64,000 nt of DNA from an uncultured Verrucomicrobiae bacterium (GCA_963702845.1 OY969763.1:1184001-1248000); one strand, 5' to 3'; numbered from the stretch's first letter, positions 29,245 through 41,099 are shown. Translations and numbers: made by a program. Notes: generated by a model from the sequence alone, not told the origin.

Positions 29245-30686
29245 GCGGGCTGCTGCGTTTGCGCGTTCCAACTGCGCACGAGATCCGGAAACAAGCAATC
29301 TGTGCACACCGCATCGGTGTGCTCACAGAAATCCCGTGATACTTGCAGCAATCCCTGCTGAGTCGCTGCCGTCGTCGCGCCGCGCAGAGTGCGGCCTCCT
29401 AATAACCGTTGGCGTGCCAGTTTCAGCACGGAGTTGTCCTGCGCTGCTGGCCAGGCGAAGTAGCGCTTTTCAGCGAGCGTTTCGAGCTTCTGGTTTTTCC
29501 CCGTATGTGCGCGGATCCAGAACCAAGGTAAGATGACGTTGATGGCGAGGTCGGTCACGCGACTGGCTCCGAGCAATGGTTGAGGTTTGGACAGGCGAGG
29601 GGAACGCAAGCTCCAGTGCCAGGACCAGAATTCGTCACAGTCCGGTTGCAGACGTTTCAAGAGCGAGTCGATTTCGGATCGGTCGGCGTCATCTTCCACG
29701 AACCACTTTTCGACGCGTTGCAGAAAATTCGGCGCCGCGACCCAGTGGGCGGCGAGCGCGAGACGGCGTTGTGGTTGGTTTGCGGGACGTAAGCCGTTAA
29801 AACGCCAGAGACTTGGCGGGAGCGCCACATCGGAAAACTTTTCGCGTTCGCGCCACCAGATGTCCCACAGATTTCGCAGATAAGGGCCGGATGAACGATC
29901 GTTCCGCACGTCGTCCGGCAAGAGTCCGCCGCTTCCCAGAAATCTGGCCTGCAACGTCAGCGTTGGCGTTGCGCGCTCGCTCGTCCGCGGCAAGAGTTCG
30001 GCCAATCGTTGCATCGGCCAGACATTTTGTTTGTAACCGAGCGCGCGAAAAAGTCCTTCCCACAGCGCCTGGTCCCAACCGGCTTGTCGCGCGCGCGCTT
30101 CGAGTTCGCCTGCCTTACGCTGAAGTCGAATCCAAGCTGCCTGTTGCAATAGATCGACGACGCGTTCAGGCGAAAGCTCGTTCAACGGCGCACAACATTT
30201 GCCGCGCCATTCATCTGGCCAGCTATGGCCCGTTTCGCCGCCGATTGCTGATTGGATGTCGCTCAAGGGAGCATCGAGAAAAGGTTCGAGCGCCAGCGTA
30301 TCCAAACCGCTGCTGCGTTCGGGCGTGTTCCAGACCACGTGCAGAATCACGTTTTTGAAAGCGGGGTTGCGGTTGTGCCCGTGTCCACGCCAGCCGGCTG
30401 GAACTAAATCGATTTCAACATCGCCGGATTTCGGAGGTTCGCCTTCAAATTGAATTACGGCGTTCCGAAAATCGGGGCCGGATTCGTGATTCCAAAAGCC
30501 CGGATGCAACACGCGAACGGTTCGCCCATCGAGCGTGCGCAATTTGTCGCGCACAATGCGTTGATGATGCCAGATGCTTTGGACGAATCGCTCCGCTGGT
30601 TGCGGTTCGTCTGGTTCACGAAGAAAAAGGCGCGTCTGATTTTCAGCGCGCCATTTCGCATAAAAATTGTTCCGCGGAATTCCCAC
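29241..30686 (-). CDS. DUF2851 family protein
   Basis: PGFWNHESGPDFRNA, GDVEIDL..W.GHGH..NPAF.NVILHVVW, RPANQPQRRLA, C-terminal Cys cluster. Confidence 0.85.
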   Translation of the reverse strand: MGIPRNNFYAKWRAENQTRLFLREPDEPQPAERFVQSIWHHQRIVRDKLRTLDGRTVRVLHPGFWNHESGPDFRNAVIQFEGEPPKSGDVEIDLVPAGWRGHGHNRNPAFKNVILHVVWNTPERSSGLDTLALEPFLDAPLSDIQSAIGGETGHSWPDEWRGKCCAPLNELSPERVVDLLQQAAWIRLQRKAGELEARARQAGWDQALWEGLFRALGYKQNVWPMQRLAELLPRTSERATPTLTLQARFLGSGGLLPDDVRNDRSSGPYLRNLWDIWWREREKFSDVALPPSLWRFNGLRPANQPQRRLALAAHWVAAPNFLQRVEKWFVEDDADRSEIDSLLKRLQPDCDEFWSWHWSLRSPRLSKPQPLLGASRVTDLAINVILPWFWIRAHTGKNQKLETLAEKRYFAWPAAQDNSVLKLARQRLLGGRTLRGATTAATQQGLLQVSRDFCEHTDAVCTDCLFPDLVRSWNAQTQQPA

Positions 30687-30705
30687 AGGTGCCCTAATCA
30701 GTAAA

Positions 30706-32146
30706 TCAGGCGATTAATTTTGTCACTAATTCACCTTCAACGTCTGTCAGCCGGAAATCGCGACCTTGGAAATGATAGGTCAGCTTCGTGTGATCGAAGC
30801 CGAGCAAGTGCAGAAGCGTCGCATGCAGGTCGTGCACGTGAACGCGGTCCTTCACGACGTTGAAACCAAAGTCATCCGTCTCGCCTAAAGTCAGTCCCGG
30901 TTTAATTCCGCCGCCCGCCATCCACATCGTGAACGCTTGCGGATGATGATCGCGCCCCATGCTGCGACCTGCTTCCTTGTTCGTCTCCACCATCGGCGTG
31001 CGGCCGAATTCACCACCCCAGACGACGAGCGTGTCCTCGAGTAAACCGCGTCGTTTCAAGTCCGTCACTAGTGCTGCCGCGGCCTGGTCGGTCGCTTTGG
31101 TTTGTGCTTTGATACCGCCGTAAACATCCGAGTGATGGTCCCAGGCCTCGTGGAATAATTGCACAAATCGAACGCCGCGTTCGACAAGCCGTCGCGCCAA
31201 CAAACAGTTGTTCGCGAACGAACTCTTTCCCGACCTCGGCGCCATACATAGCCAACGTCTCGGGCGATTCCTTGGAAATATCCATCAACTCCGGCGCGCT
31301 TGTTTGCATGCGATACGCCATTTCAAACGAATTAATACGCGTGGAGATTTCCGGATCACCAACAACATCCAGCCGCTGCAGATTCAATTTGCGCAATGTA
31401 TCGAGGGATTTGCGTTGCATGGCCGGCGTGATGCCCGGCGGATTTGCTAAAAACAAAATCGGATCACCCGTGCGACGGAAGGGCACGCCTTGATAAACAG
31501 TCGGCAGAAATCCACAGCCCCAGTTTGCCGCGCCGCCACTTGTGCCGCCGGCTGAACTCAGCACGACGAACGCTGGTAAATCCTGCGACTCACTTCCCAA
31601 ACCGTACGTCACCCAGGCTCCCATGCTCGGACGGCCGAATTGGGTCGAGCCGGTGTTCATCAAAATCTGTCCGGGCGCATGGTTGAAGGCATCGGTCGTC
31701 ATCGACTTTACGATGGCAATGTCATCAACGATTTGGGCCAGGTTCGGTAATGCTTCGGAAAGCTCAGCGCCGCATTGACCATGTTTGGCAAATTTGAACT
31801 TCGTCGCGAATAGTTCCGCATCGGGCCGAATGAAAGCGTAGCGCTGGTCTTTCACCAACTCGGACGGAACCGTCTTGCCGTCGTATTTGGTGAGCGTCGG
31901 TTTGTAATCGAACAAATCCAACTGACTCGGCGCGCCTGCCTGGAACATGTAGATCACGCGCTTGGCTCGTGCTTTGAAATGAGGCGCGCGGGGAGCGAAA
32001 GGGTTGGCTACGGCTGCGGGAGTTCCCGCAAAAAGATTGTTGCCCTTCAGCAGCGAGGCGAGTGCGAGCGAGCCGACGCCGATGCCGCAGTCACGAAAAA
32101 AGAACCGCCGCGTAATTCGTTTGCGCGATTCCAAATCAAGATTCAT
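30706..32146 (-). CDS. DUF1501 protein with Tat-like leader (frameshift near 31227)
   Basis: [60 protein letters not shown]. Confidence 0.92.
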
Positions 32147-32218
32147 AGGCTGGCGTTAGCATACCCTTACTGTGTCAAAAGCGTAAAACTGTTTTTCAGC
32201 GAATAATATTCAGGGAAA

Positions 32219-33067
32219 CTACGGACTTATTCGAACAGAGCAGTGGTCCGATAAAAACCGCATGTCTTGGTTCCCAGGCGTGGATTGCACCGACGACCAC
32301 ATGAAAACACCTTTCACAGGGGCCTTGGTACAGATCGTCTTGCCAGCGGTGGCGTTCCAGATGCCCATCTGCAAAGCTGATTGAACAGCCGCCATTATGG
32401 TAACTCGCCGGCACGTCAACCATGAAGAATCTTGAATCGGGGAGGCCATCGTTCATCGCTACCGCGAAATCACCGAAGTTTAGGCTGTCAGCATTTTCGT
32501 CTAGCATCACGTAAGCCTTGGAAGGGCCCATTGCCTGGATGTCTGTATATTTGTGGAAAACCCAGTATTTCGCGTGCGTTAAATAGCTCATCCAGTCGTC
32601 CTGAGAGTTCATCGCCTGGCTCAGCGAGATGCTACGAACCCGCGGATAGGTTGTGCCGGAAATCGTGACGGTGCTCATGTCGGATGGGCATTTGTAAATC
32701 TTCGCGCTTTTCACCGTGTAGGGCGCAAGCAACGCTGACGTCGGATCAAGTAAGTAATTTAAATTGGTGTTGTCGGGATTGCTCCCGTCGCAGTTAAGTT
32801 CTCCTTTGACCCAACCGACACCGCCCTGACTCAATGCATTGGTGACCAGCAGACCACGGTTGTCACCCGGATACATCATCCAACCGATCATCAGTTGTCT
32901 GACGTTGTTCATACACTGAACCATCTGCCGGATTCCTTTGCACGAGCCAAAGCCGGGAGCAGCATTGCAGCTAAAATTGCGATGATGGCGATAACGACGA
33001 GAAGTTCAATGAGTGTGAAAGCTCGACGCCAACCAAGCTTGTGGTGGAGACTCCCTTCGATTTGCAT
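32219..33067 (-). CDS. Prepilin-type N-terminal cleavage/methylation protein with H-X9-DG motif (frameshifts near 32925 and 32335)
   Basis: AFTLIELLVVIAIIAILAAMLLPAL; C.NN.RQL; YKCPSD; HNGGCSISFADGH. Confidence 0.88.
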
Positions 33068-33141
33068 TCCTCGAAAAAGCAATACCCTGTCAAACAACGT
33101 TTGACAAGGTATTGCGCGAATTCTGTTAAGGTCGAAGGCGC

Positions 33142-34551
33142 TTAGTAGCGATAGTGGTCGGGCTTGTAAGGACCGTCTGGCGAGACGCCGAGGTATTCGG
33201 CTTGTTTCTTCGAGAGCTTCGTCAGTTTCACACCAATCTTTTCTAGATGCAGGCGGGCGACTTCTTCGTCGAGCTTCTTCGGCAAACGATAAACGCCGGG
33301 CTGATAAACGTCCTTGTTCTTCCACAGGTCCAGTTGCGCGAGCACCTGGTTGGAGAACGAGTTGGACATCACGAAGCTCGGATGACCCGTGGCGCAACCA
33401 AGGTTCACCAAACGACCTTCGGCGAGCAAATACAGGCTGTTGCCTTTGGGGAAGGTGTATTTGTCGACCTGTGGTTTGATGTTCAGCTTCTTCACGCCTT
33501 TTTTCGCGTTCAAAAGGTCGACCTGAATTTCATTATCGAAATGGCCGATGTTACACACGATGGCCTGGTCTTTCATCTTCGCCATGTGATCGAGCGTGAT
33601 GACGTCGCGGTTGCCAGTGCAGGTGACGTAAATGTCAGCTTCGCCCAACGTGTCTTCGATCGGCTTCACTTCAAAACCTTCCATCGCCGCTTGCAATGCG
33701 TTGATGGGATCGATTTCCGTCACGATGACGCGAGCGCCAAAGCCGCGCAACGAATGCGCTGAACCTTTGCCGACATCGCCGTAGCCGCACACGCAAGCAA
33801 CTTTGCCCGCGACCATGACGTCGGTCGCGCGCTTGATGCCGTCCGCAAGTGATTCGCGGCAGCCGTAAAGATTGTCGAACTTCGATTTGGTGACGGAATC
33901 GTTCACGTTGATGCAAGGCACCAACAAATTACCGGCTTCCTTCATCTGGTAGAGACGATGAACACCCGTGGTGGTTTCTTCGCTGACGCCGCGCCAGTTC
34001 TTAACCATGTTGTGCCAAATGCCAGGGCGCTCCTTGTGGATGCGCTTGAGCAAGTTTTTGATCACATCGGCTTCGTGTGAATCGCTCGGTGAGTGAACCC
34101 ACTTGTCGCCGTTTTCGAGTTCGTAGCCTTTGTGGATGAGCAGGGTGGCATCGCCACCGTCATCGACGATCAGTTGCGGTCCAAGTCCACCGGGATGCGC
34201 CAATGCTTCAAACGTGCAGTCCCAATATTCTTCGAGCGTCTCGCCCTTCCACGCGAACACGGGAATGCCAGCCTTGGCAATTGCCGCCGCCGCATGGTCC
34301 TGCGTTGAGAAAATGTTGCAGCTTGCCCAACGCACCGAAGCGCCGAGGGCGTCCAACGTTTCAATCAAAATTGCCGTCTCAATCGTCATGTGCAACGAAC
34401 CGGTGATGCGCACGCCTTTGAGTGGTTTAGACTTCGCGTATTTGTTGCGGATCGACATCAAACCCGGCATTTCGTGCTCGGAGATATCAATCGCTTTGCG
34501 ACCATACTCCGCGAGACTCATGTCCCTTACCTTATAATCTGCTTTTGCCAT
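33142..34551 (-). CDS. ahcY: Adenosylhomocysteinase
   Basis: [58 protein letters not shown]. Confidence 0.98.
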   Translation of the reverse strand: MAKADYKVRDMSLAEYGRKAIDISEHEMPGLMSIRNKYAKSKPLKGVRITGSLHMTIETAILIETLDALGASVRWASCNIFSTQDHAAAAIAKAGIPVFAWKGETLEEYWDCTFEALAHPGGLGPQLIVDDGGDATLLIHKGYELENGDKWVHSPSDSHEADVIKNLLKRIHKERPGIWHNMVKNWRGVSEETTTGVHRLYQMKEAGNLLVPCINVNDSVTKSKFDNLYGCRESLADGIKRATDVMVAGKVACVCGYGDVGKGSAHSLRGFGARVIVTEIDPINALQAAMEGFEVKPIEDTLGEADIYVTCTGNRDVITLDHMAKMKDQAIVCNIGHFDNEIQVDLLNAKKGVKKLNIKPQVDKYTFPKGNSLYLLAEGRLVNLGCATGHPSFVMSNSFSNQVLAQLDLWKNKDVYQPGVYRLPKKLDEEVARLHLEKIGVKLTKLSKKQAEYLGVSPDGPYKPDHYRY

Positions 34552-34577
34552 AAAATTTCTTTGTTCCTGTTTATTGA

Positions 34578-35756
34578 TTACTTAACAGCGCTCTTCAACG
34601 CCTGGACCTTATCGGTGCGTTCCCAAGTGATGCTCTTGATGTCATCAATCTTGCCGAAGTGACCGTAGTTGGTCGTCTTCGTGTAAATCGGACGCAGCAA
34701 ATTGAGCTGCTTGATGATTGCTGCCGGCTTGAAGCTAAACACTTCGCGAACGGCCTTTTCGATATTCTCATCGCTAACCTTGCCGGTGCCGAACGTGTCG
34801 ACGCAGACGGAAACTGGTTCCGGATAACCGATCGCGTAAGCGAATTGAATTTCCGCTTTGTCGGCCAAACCTGCTGCGACGATGTTCTTCGCAACGTAAC
34901 GGCCCATGTAAGCGGCGCTGCGATCGACCTTCGAGGGGTCTTTGCCGCTGAACGCGCCACCACCGTGACGGCCCATGCCGCCGTAGCTGTCGACGATGAT
35001 CTTGCGGCCAGTCAAACCAGTGTCGCCTTGAGGTCCGCCGGTCACGAAACGACCGGTCGGGTTGATCAAAAATTGTGTGTTCTTGTCGAGCAGGTTCGCC
35101 GGGAGAACTTTTTTGATGAGTTCTTTAATGATGAACGATTTGATCTCGCTGTGCTTCACGTCGGCGGCGTGCTGCGTTGAAACAACCACATTAACGATGC
35201 GGGTCGGTTTGCCGTTCACGTATTGCACCGAGACCTGCGTCTTGGCGTCGGGGCGCAGCCACTTGGCTTTGCCGGCTTTGCGCAAGCGGGTCAGTTCGCG
35301 ACCGAGACGATGCGCGAACATGATTGGCGCCGGCATCAATTCAGGCGTTTCGTTGGATGCATAACCGAACATCAAACCCTGGTCGCCCGCGCCTTGTTCG
35401 GCGGTATCTTTACCTTCAGCGGCCGAGGCATCAACGCCTTGGGAGATGTCAGGGCTCTGGCGCGTCACCAAATTGGTGATGAAAACGCGGTCAGCATGAA
35501 ATACATCATCATCGTTCACATAACCGATCTCGCGAATTGCTGCGCGGACGATTTCGTTCACGTGAACTTTGGCTTTGCTGGTGATTTCGCCACCGACGAC
35601 GACCATGTTGCTCTTGGCGTAGGTCTCGCAAGCCACGCGGCTCTTGGGGTCCTGGGCCAAATGCGCGTCGAGGACTGCATCAGAAATCAGGTCGCAAACC
35701 TTGTCAGGATGGCCTTCGCCAACCGACTCCGAAGAAAAGATGAAGGATTTGTTCAT
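34578..35756 (-). CDS. metK: S-adenosylmethionine synthetase
   Basis: [50 protein letters not shown]. Confidence 0.98.
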   Translation of the reverse strand: MNKSFIFSSESVGEGHPDKVCDLISDAVLDAHLAQDPKSRVACETYAKSNMVVVGGEITSKAKVHVNEIVRAAIREIGYVNDDDVFHADRVFITNLVTRQSPDISQGVDASAAEGKDTAEQGAGDQGLMFGYASNETPELMPAPIMFAHRLGRELTRLRKAGKAKWLRPDAKTQVSVQYVNGKPTRIVNVVVSTQHAADVKHSEIKSFIIKELIKKVLPANLLDKNTQFLINPTGRFVTGGPQGDTGLTGRKIIVDSYGGMGRHGGGAFSGKDPSKVDRSAAYMGRYVAKNIVAAGLADKAEIQFAYAIGYPEPVSVCVDTFGTGKVSDENIEKAVREVFSFKPAAIIKQLNLLRPIYTKTTNYGHFGKIDDIKSITWERTDKVQALKSAVK

Positions 35757-35805
35757 TTTTTGGTAAATTTGTGTCGCTACGAGCGCGTCGTTATGTTTCT
35801 TAAAC

Positions 35806-35840
35806 ATACGTCACATTGACGTATCTTGATAGGTTGATAT
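35806..35840. promoter_or_regulatory. Candidate operator between metK and the SahR-like regulator
   Basis: Perfect ATACGTCA-cat-TGACGTAT plus two TTGATA half-sites 9 bp apart (cttgatag, gttgatat). Confidence 0.55.
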
Positions 35841-35897
35841 ATTAGTTAGGTAATCGTTGCCGTCAACCGTTAATTCGTCAGAGTTTCCAGTAAATCG

Positions 35898-36827
35898 ATG
35901 TCAGGCACGTTAAAATCTTTGCGAGCGTTAAGCGATCCAACCCGGTTGCGGATCGTGGCTTTGCTCGAGCGCGGCGAGCTCTCCGTCAATGAACTTCAGG
36001 AGATCACGCGCATGGGGCAGTCGCGCATCTCTACGCACCTCGGCTTGCTCCAGGATTCCGGCCTGCTCGAATCTCGGCGTGAAGGAAAACGCACCTTCTA
36101 CAAGGTTTCAACGCAAACGGACGATCTCGCGCGCGAATTCGTGCAACTTGCCATACGCGGTTCAAAAGAGTTGCCCGAACATTCGGCGGACCAACTCAAT
36201 CTTAAACGGATTCTGGTCCGTCGCAGCCAAGCGCAAGAACTTTATTTTAACCAGGTCGCCGGTCGTTTTGATCGGAGCTACGGCCCGGGCCGTTCCTGGC
36301 AGGCGTTCGGCCAACTTTTGCTGCGCCTCATTCCAAACATTACCGTCGCCGACCTGGGCTCCGGCGAAGGGCTGCTTAGCGAACTTCTCGCTCGCCGCGC
36401 CAAAAAAGTGATCGCCGTTGATAATTCGGAAAAAATGGTCGCGTTCGGTGCCGCCAAAGCGAAAAAGAACAAACTTAAGAATTTAGAGTTTCGTCTCGGC
36501 GATTTGGAAAATCCACCGATCGACCCCAACAGTGTCGACCTCGTTGTCCTAAGCCAAGCTCTTCATCATGCTGCTGATCCCGCAAAGGCCATCGCTTCTG
36601 CCTATAATATATTGCGCCCGGGCGGCCAGCTTATGATGTTGGATTTACTCGAGCACACGTTCGATAAAGCCACTGAACTCTACGGCGACCGCTGGCTCGG
36701 CTTTCCCGAGGGCACGTTGCATCGCTGGCTCGAAGCTGCTGGATTTAAAAAAATCGAAGTCACGGTCGTCGCCCGCGAAGAACAGCCGCCGCATTTTCAA
36801 ACGATTTTAGCAGGCGGCGAAAAATAA
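35898..36827 (+). CDS. ArsR HTH + SAM-methyltransferase-fold regulator (SahR-like)
   Basis: ALSDPTRLRI..ELSVNEL..QSRISTHL; ADLGSGEG; divergent from metK-ahcY. Confidence 0.88.
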   Translation: MSGTLKSLRALSDPTRLRIVALLERGELSVNELQEITRMGQSRISTHLGLLQDSGLLESRREGKRTFYKVSTQTDDLAREFVQLAIRGSKELPEHSADQLNLKRILVRRSQAQELYFNQVAGRFDRSYGPGRSWQAFGQLLLRLIPNITVADLGSGEGLLSELLARRAKKVIAVDNSEKMVAFGAAKAKKNKLKNLEFRLGDLENPPIDPNSVDLVVLSQALHHAADPAKAIASAYNILRPGGQLMMLDLLEHTFDKATELYGDRWLGFPEGTLHRWLEAAGFKKIEVTVVAREEQPPHFQTILAGGEK

Positions 36828-36828
36828 G

Positions 36829-36850
36829 GAAGCGGCCTTCAGGCCGCTTC
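36829..36850. terminator. Perfect hairpin between convergent genes (possible terminator)
   Basis: GAAGCGGCCT-tc-AGGCCGCTTC; lacks a U-tract. Confidence 0.5.
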
Positions 36851-36859
36851 ATCGTTCAT

Positions 36860-38815
36860 TCACTGGCGTCGTCCCAGCGGTCCCGCCACCTCAACCGTCT
36901 CGCCGACTTTCGGCAACCTGAACGGCACATAATCGTAATCAGGCCGCCAAACAAACTGCAGCCAAAGTCGGTTATCCGATTCCAGCGGTGAATCAAAACG
37001 AATCGCCACCGATCGCGGCTCGCCATTCGCGGTGGCCTCGACGACTTCAATCGTCCATCCTTTTCGCACGACTCGATCTCCATTCTTCCATTTCATCGCG
37101 TTGAACAAAAAATCATTTGCCGTTTTGCAAGCGTAAGCGACGTGCGCTGGCCCGAAGTTCGGCACCGACAGCAAGCTGCCGCTCTTCGCCGTAACGATGA
37201 GCGTGTTCTCGTTCGATCGCGTAATCCGCAAACCCGTCAAACCAAGCGCCAGGTTTTTGACGCTGTTCGGTAAAGCGCCGCCGCGATACGCGCGATAAAT
37301 CGGCATCAGTGCATAAACCGGTCCGGGATCATTGACTACTACCACATTACGATCGCCACCATCCGGAAGGTGCTCGAATCCCCAGTCAAAACTGGGCCCT
37401 AGATATGGCGTGATGAACCCCAGGACTCCCCGTGTAGCGACGGCTCCAAAAGTATGCGCCAGCAACAGCCAGATCACGACAGCCCAACAAATCACTTTGC
37501 GAAATATCGGCAATATTTCACGTTCGTGCCGCTGCGCAAAGTTGACGAAGAAAGTCGCGATCAATCCGAATGCTCCTACTGCCACGAACCCAAGATTCTT
37601 GCTGAGCGGTGCAACCGTCGCTGCCGGCACGAGCGCGAGCAACATTGCCGTCGTCCAAAATCGTGCCACGGCCTTCTGCCGAATAACCGGCAGAAACACA
37701 TACGCGCAGACCAAAACAAATAGCAAAAAGAACAGCGCTAACCCCAATCGCCACGCTGGATTCAGGCCGAAATAGATTTCCGGCGTTACACCCGATAATT
37801 GCCCGCCAAGCAGCGCAGTGGTTCTTGGCAGCAGATTCTTCAAAAACAACAATGGCGCATACCCCGGATCGATATAGCCTTCGAAATTTTTGACCCCACA
37901 ATTCTGCGAGACGTAAATGATCCGCCACACGGCGACTGCGACGATTGCCGGAACTAAACTTAAAAGGGGACGCGGAGATAGCCGTGACTTTCCGCCTGTC
38001 GGTTCAAGCACCACCGCATACGCGATGAGGAACGCCATTGTCGAAACACCGGCTTCATTCGCGAGCATGGCTAAGAACAGGCACAACACCGAAGCGCAGG
38101 CCCACCATTTCCGTCGCGTCGTCCGCCATTGGTGATGTGCATACAAACTTACTAACCCGAAAAACAGCGCAATAAAAAATCCTCGATTCGCCACATACAT
38201 CACCGGGAAGTAGGTGTTCTTATCCACAAGAAAAAGAAACGCGCCGAGTGCGGCCGCATTCGCCGTGGAGGAGGTCGCACCCATTTGCATGCCGTACGCT
38301 CGCCCGATCATCCGATAAACAATCGCCACCATGAATACGATCCCAGCGAACCATAGAATATTGTGCAGGTGCATGAGCCACGGCGTGTTCGGAAAAACGC
38401 GATAATCAACCCAGTGCGTAAACGCTGTCAGTGGGCGCCACAGCGCCGCTTGCCAGTGCAACGACGCCCACCACGGCGCGACGCCGTAATCCGCTGCGTG
38501 TTGTGCCTGTTCCGGATATTTCAGATATCCAAACAAATCATTCACCACTCCAGACAACGTCCCACAATTGGTCGAAACCAATCCCGTCTCGAAAACGCGC
38601 TCCGGCAGATCGGCGCGATTCCTCTGCGTCAGTCCCTGGATCATGTCGTCCCCGAACAGCCCGCCGAACAATGCGGGGATCATTATGATCACAGCCGCGA
38701 TCGCCAATATGTGCGGTAGGTAAGGGGACCGTGCGATTGAAAGTATAACCGTTCGTAACCTGGCCCATTTTGAAGGCCTGATAGCGACACGCTCACTGGT
38801 TTCTGGTTGCAACAT
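36860..38815 (-). CDS. Polytopic membrane protein, possibly GT-C-fold glycosyltransferase-like
   Basis: About 12 hydrophobic segments, FGDD after the first TM, WRPL..H, H.HN, NE motifs; soluble C-terminal domain. Confidence 0.5.
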   Translation of the reverse strand: MLQPETSERVAIRPSKWARLRTVILSIARSPYLPHILAIAAVIIMIPALFGGLFGDDMIQGLTQRNRADLPERVFETGLVSTNCGTLSGVVNDLFGYLKYPEQAQHAADYGVAPWWASLHWQAALWRPLTAFTHWVDYRVFPNTPWLMHLHNILWFAGIVFMVAIVYRMIGRAYGMQMGATSSTANAAALGAFLFLVDKNTYFPVMYVANRGFFIALFFGLVSLYAHHQWRTTRRKWWACASVLCLFLAMLANEAGVSTMAFLIAYAVVLEPTGGKSRLSPRPLLSLVPAIVAVAVWRIIYVSQNCGVKNFEGYIDPGYAPLLFLKNLLPRTTALLGGQLSGVTPEIYFGLNPAWRLGLALFFLLFVLVCAYVFLPVIRQKAVARFWTTAMLLALVPAATVAPLSKNLGFVAVGAFGLIATFFVNFAQRHEREILPIFRKVICWAVVIWLLLAHTFGAVATRGVLGFITPYLGPSFDWGFEHLPDGGDRNVVVVNDPGPVYALMPIYRAYRGGALPNSVKNLALGLTGLRITRSNENTLIVTAKSGSLLSVPNFGPAHVAYACKTANDFLFNAMKWKNGDRVVRKGWTIEVVEATANGEPRSVAIRFDSPLESDNRLWLQFVWRPDYDYVPFRLPKVGETVEVAGPLGRRQ

Positions 38816-38941
38816 ATTGCCTCCTTAAACACGCGTGAGGTGCGTGCGTTGAGTTGAAGCCAGAGTATCTCGTGACAAATTGGTGTCAAGCAGCAGCGTA
38901 ACGCACTCGCCAAGGCGATTTAGCAGACAGTTGGGAAGTAA

Positions 38942-41035
38942 TTATTTCAACCTCGCTACCCACTTCACAATCTCGTCATCCTTCGGCCACGCGTATTCCC
39001 ATTGAAACGCTCGTGTGGCGTGAAGGTCTTTATAAACGTCTCGAAGCAGGCCTGCCGAAAACTTTTTATAATCTGCACAAATCAAAATCGGATTCGGCGC
39101 GGCTAACGTCGCCACGCCAATGAAATCCCCAACACTTCGCAAACCCGGCACGAATATCTCCGGCTTCACGCGAAACAAATCTGAATTATCCGCCGCGCTG
39201 CAATCGGCCGCCACCGCGTCCACCAAAGGCGCTGCGAGGATCGCCGCCAGGCCCGCCTTGCCTTCACCGATCAATACCAATTTTGTCGCAGCTTTCGTTG
39301 CTCCGCGTGCGAAGGCAGCAACCGTCGCGATATCCTGCACGCGCTCCTGCATGGTCGTTTTATTGTAAGTCGTGAAAAACAAATCGACTTCGTTCCGGTT
39401 CGTTGGAGTTGAAAATAGATCAAAGGTGATCACCTGAATATTTGCGTCGACCAACGACCGAGCCAACCCGGTCGGTTGCCCTTTGTTATCCAGAAAAACG
39501 GCGTTGCCTTTGTTACTTGCGAGAACGACGAGGGTGTTATTTATGGGCCTAGCTGGTTTAAACATCATCGCTGAAATCCGATCACCTTTTCCTGATCTGC
39601 CGATGGCGAGGCGAGTCCAGGAACATCCTGAAAATTCATCGGTGACCTTTGAGGCCGCATCGAAAGTTCCACTCACTCCATTCTCCGGAATATCCAATTG
39701 CAACGTGTGCCGCCACGCTGGCGACAAAACCTTTTTATAATCGGCGAGCGACGCCTTGCCGTGCGGCGTCAGCTTGTCCAGTTGTTTGCGCGTTCGCTCC
39801 ATCAAATAGGTGATGAGTTCATTCTCTGAGATTGCCTGCGATGGCAATTTATTCTCTGGGAACACCAGCAACTCATTGTCGGGATCTTTCGTGTAAGTTG
39901 CTTCCTTCACAGGCGCACCATCGCCGCTGTTCAGTAAACATTTATCGAACCACCCGTAAACGGCCTCGCGACTGGTTTGATTGTAATTGTGCTTCGATTC
40001 ATACCGCACATACCGAAGCCGTTCCGTCGCGTCGAATAGTTTGTAAATGCTTTCCACGGTGGGTCCTTCCACGGTCATCATATCCTTGGTCCAATCGCCG
40101 GATGCGGCGACCATGAGCTGCGGACGAGGCGCGGCCGCTGCGGCAATGTCCATATTCGAAAACTCCACGCGCAATCCCGGCATATTCTCGCAACCACATC
40201 CGCCTTGCATCGTATGGCTCACCATTACGACCGGGCTTTGCGCGGCGAGACGGTCGTCCACTGCGCCAAGCATGAAAGTTTGCGTGCCGCCACCGGACGC
40301 TCCTGTGATCGCAATCCGTGTTTTATCGACGTCCGCCAATTCCTCCAGGAAATCCATCGCACGAATGCTGTCCCAAAGTTGCAATCCCATCAGATTGATA
40401 TTCCACAACATGGGCACCGGGGTGTTCGTGGCGAAATGCCGATGCGTGGCATAGAACGTTTCCAGCGTGTGCTTGGAGCCAGCGGGCAGGGGAAAGTGCG
40501 TGTCGTTGTAGCCAAACATGTCATAGGAAAACGCGATCATGCCTTGCTTCGCGAAATTGATGCACCGCGCCGCCACACTGCCGTTTGTGTTATCGACCAA
40601 GCGTCCTTCCGGCCAATGTCCGTGCGGATTTAACACCGCTGGAAACGGCCCGTGTCCTTTTCCGGCGGGTCGATACAGATTCCCGCAAACGAAAAATCCA
40701 GGCAGCGATTCGAAATAAACTTTCTCAACGGTGTATTCCTCATGCTCGATTTTGCCAAACACACTCGCGTTGAGGGACGTCTTCTCCGGCATCGGCCAAA
40801 GCCCCGCGCTCACCAGAATCTGCTCCCGAATCTCCTTCGCGCGTTTTTCCCAATCGGCTTTCGATGTGATTTCGGGAAACGTGCGCGGCGTATTGAGCGT
40901 TGTGATTTCCCTCGCGCGCTGGTCCGTTGCGGGCAAACGCGATTGTGCGGTGGCGCAGAATCCGCTGAGAAGAAGTGCGACGGTTAAAAGTCTCAAACCC
41001 AAATAAAGCCCCAGTTGTTTGGAAAAACTGGTCAT
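38942..41035 (-). CDS. Secreted alpha/beta hydrolase (acetylxylan esterase-like)
   Basis: NPHGHW, GASGGGTQT nucleophile elbow, GGCGCEN, HNYN. Confidence 0.8.
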   Translation of the reverse strand: MTSFSKQLGLYLGLRLLTVALLLSGFCATAQSRLPATDQRAREITTLNTPRTFPEITSKADWEKRAKEIREQILVSAGLWPMPEKTSLNASVFGKIEHEEYTVEKVYFESLPGFFVCGNLYRPAGKGHGPFPAVLNPHGHWPEGRLVDNTNGSVAARCINFAKQGMIAFSYDMFGYNDTHFPLPAGSKHTLETFYATHRHFATNTPVPMLWNINLMGLQLWDSIRAMDFLEELADVDKTRIAITGASGGGTQTFMLGAVDDRLAAQSPVVMVSHTMQGGCGCENMPGLRVEFSNMDIAAAAAPRPQLMVAASGDWTKDMMTVEGPTVESIYKLFDATERLRYVRYESKHNYNQTSREAVYGWFDKCLLNSGDGAPVKEATYTKDPDNELLVFPENKLPSQAISENELITYLMERTRKQLDKLTPHGKASLADYKKVLSPAWRHTLQLDIPENGVSGTFDAASKVTDEFSGCSWTRLAIGRSGKGDRISAMMFKPARPINNTLVVLASNKGNAVFLDNKGQPTGLARSLVDANIQVITFDLFSTPTNRNEVDLFFTTYNKTTMQERVQDIATVAAFARGATKAATKLVLIGEGKAGLAAILAAPLVDAVAADCSAADNSDLFRVKPEIFVPGLRSVGDFIGVATLAAPNPILICADYKKFSAGLLRDVYKDLHATRAFQWEYAWPKDDEIVKWVARLK

Positions 41036-41099
41036 GTCTCTATCTGTGCACATCCGGCGGAGAAAGGCCAACTGTTTCGAATGTTTGGATGGTTTGCTT

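Noticed and set aside
1462..32146. Programmed frameshifting or pseudogene status for hisB, infC, imuA, ubiE and others
   Set aside because: No consistent slippery sites; indels hit essential genes and cluster regionally, consistent with consensus errors.
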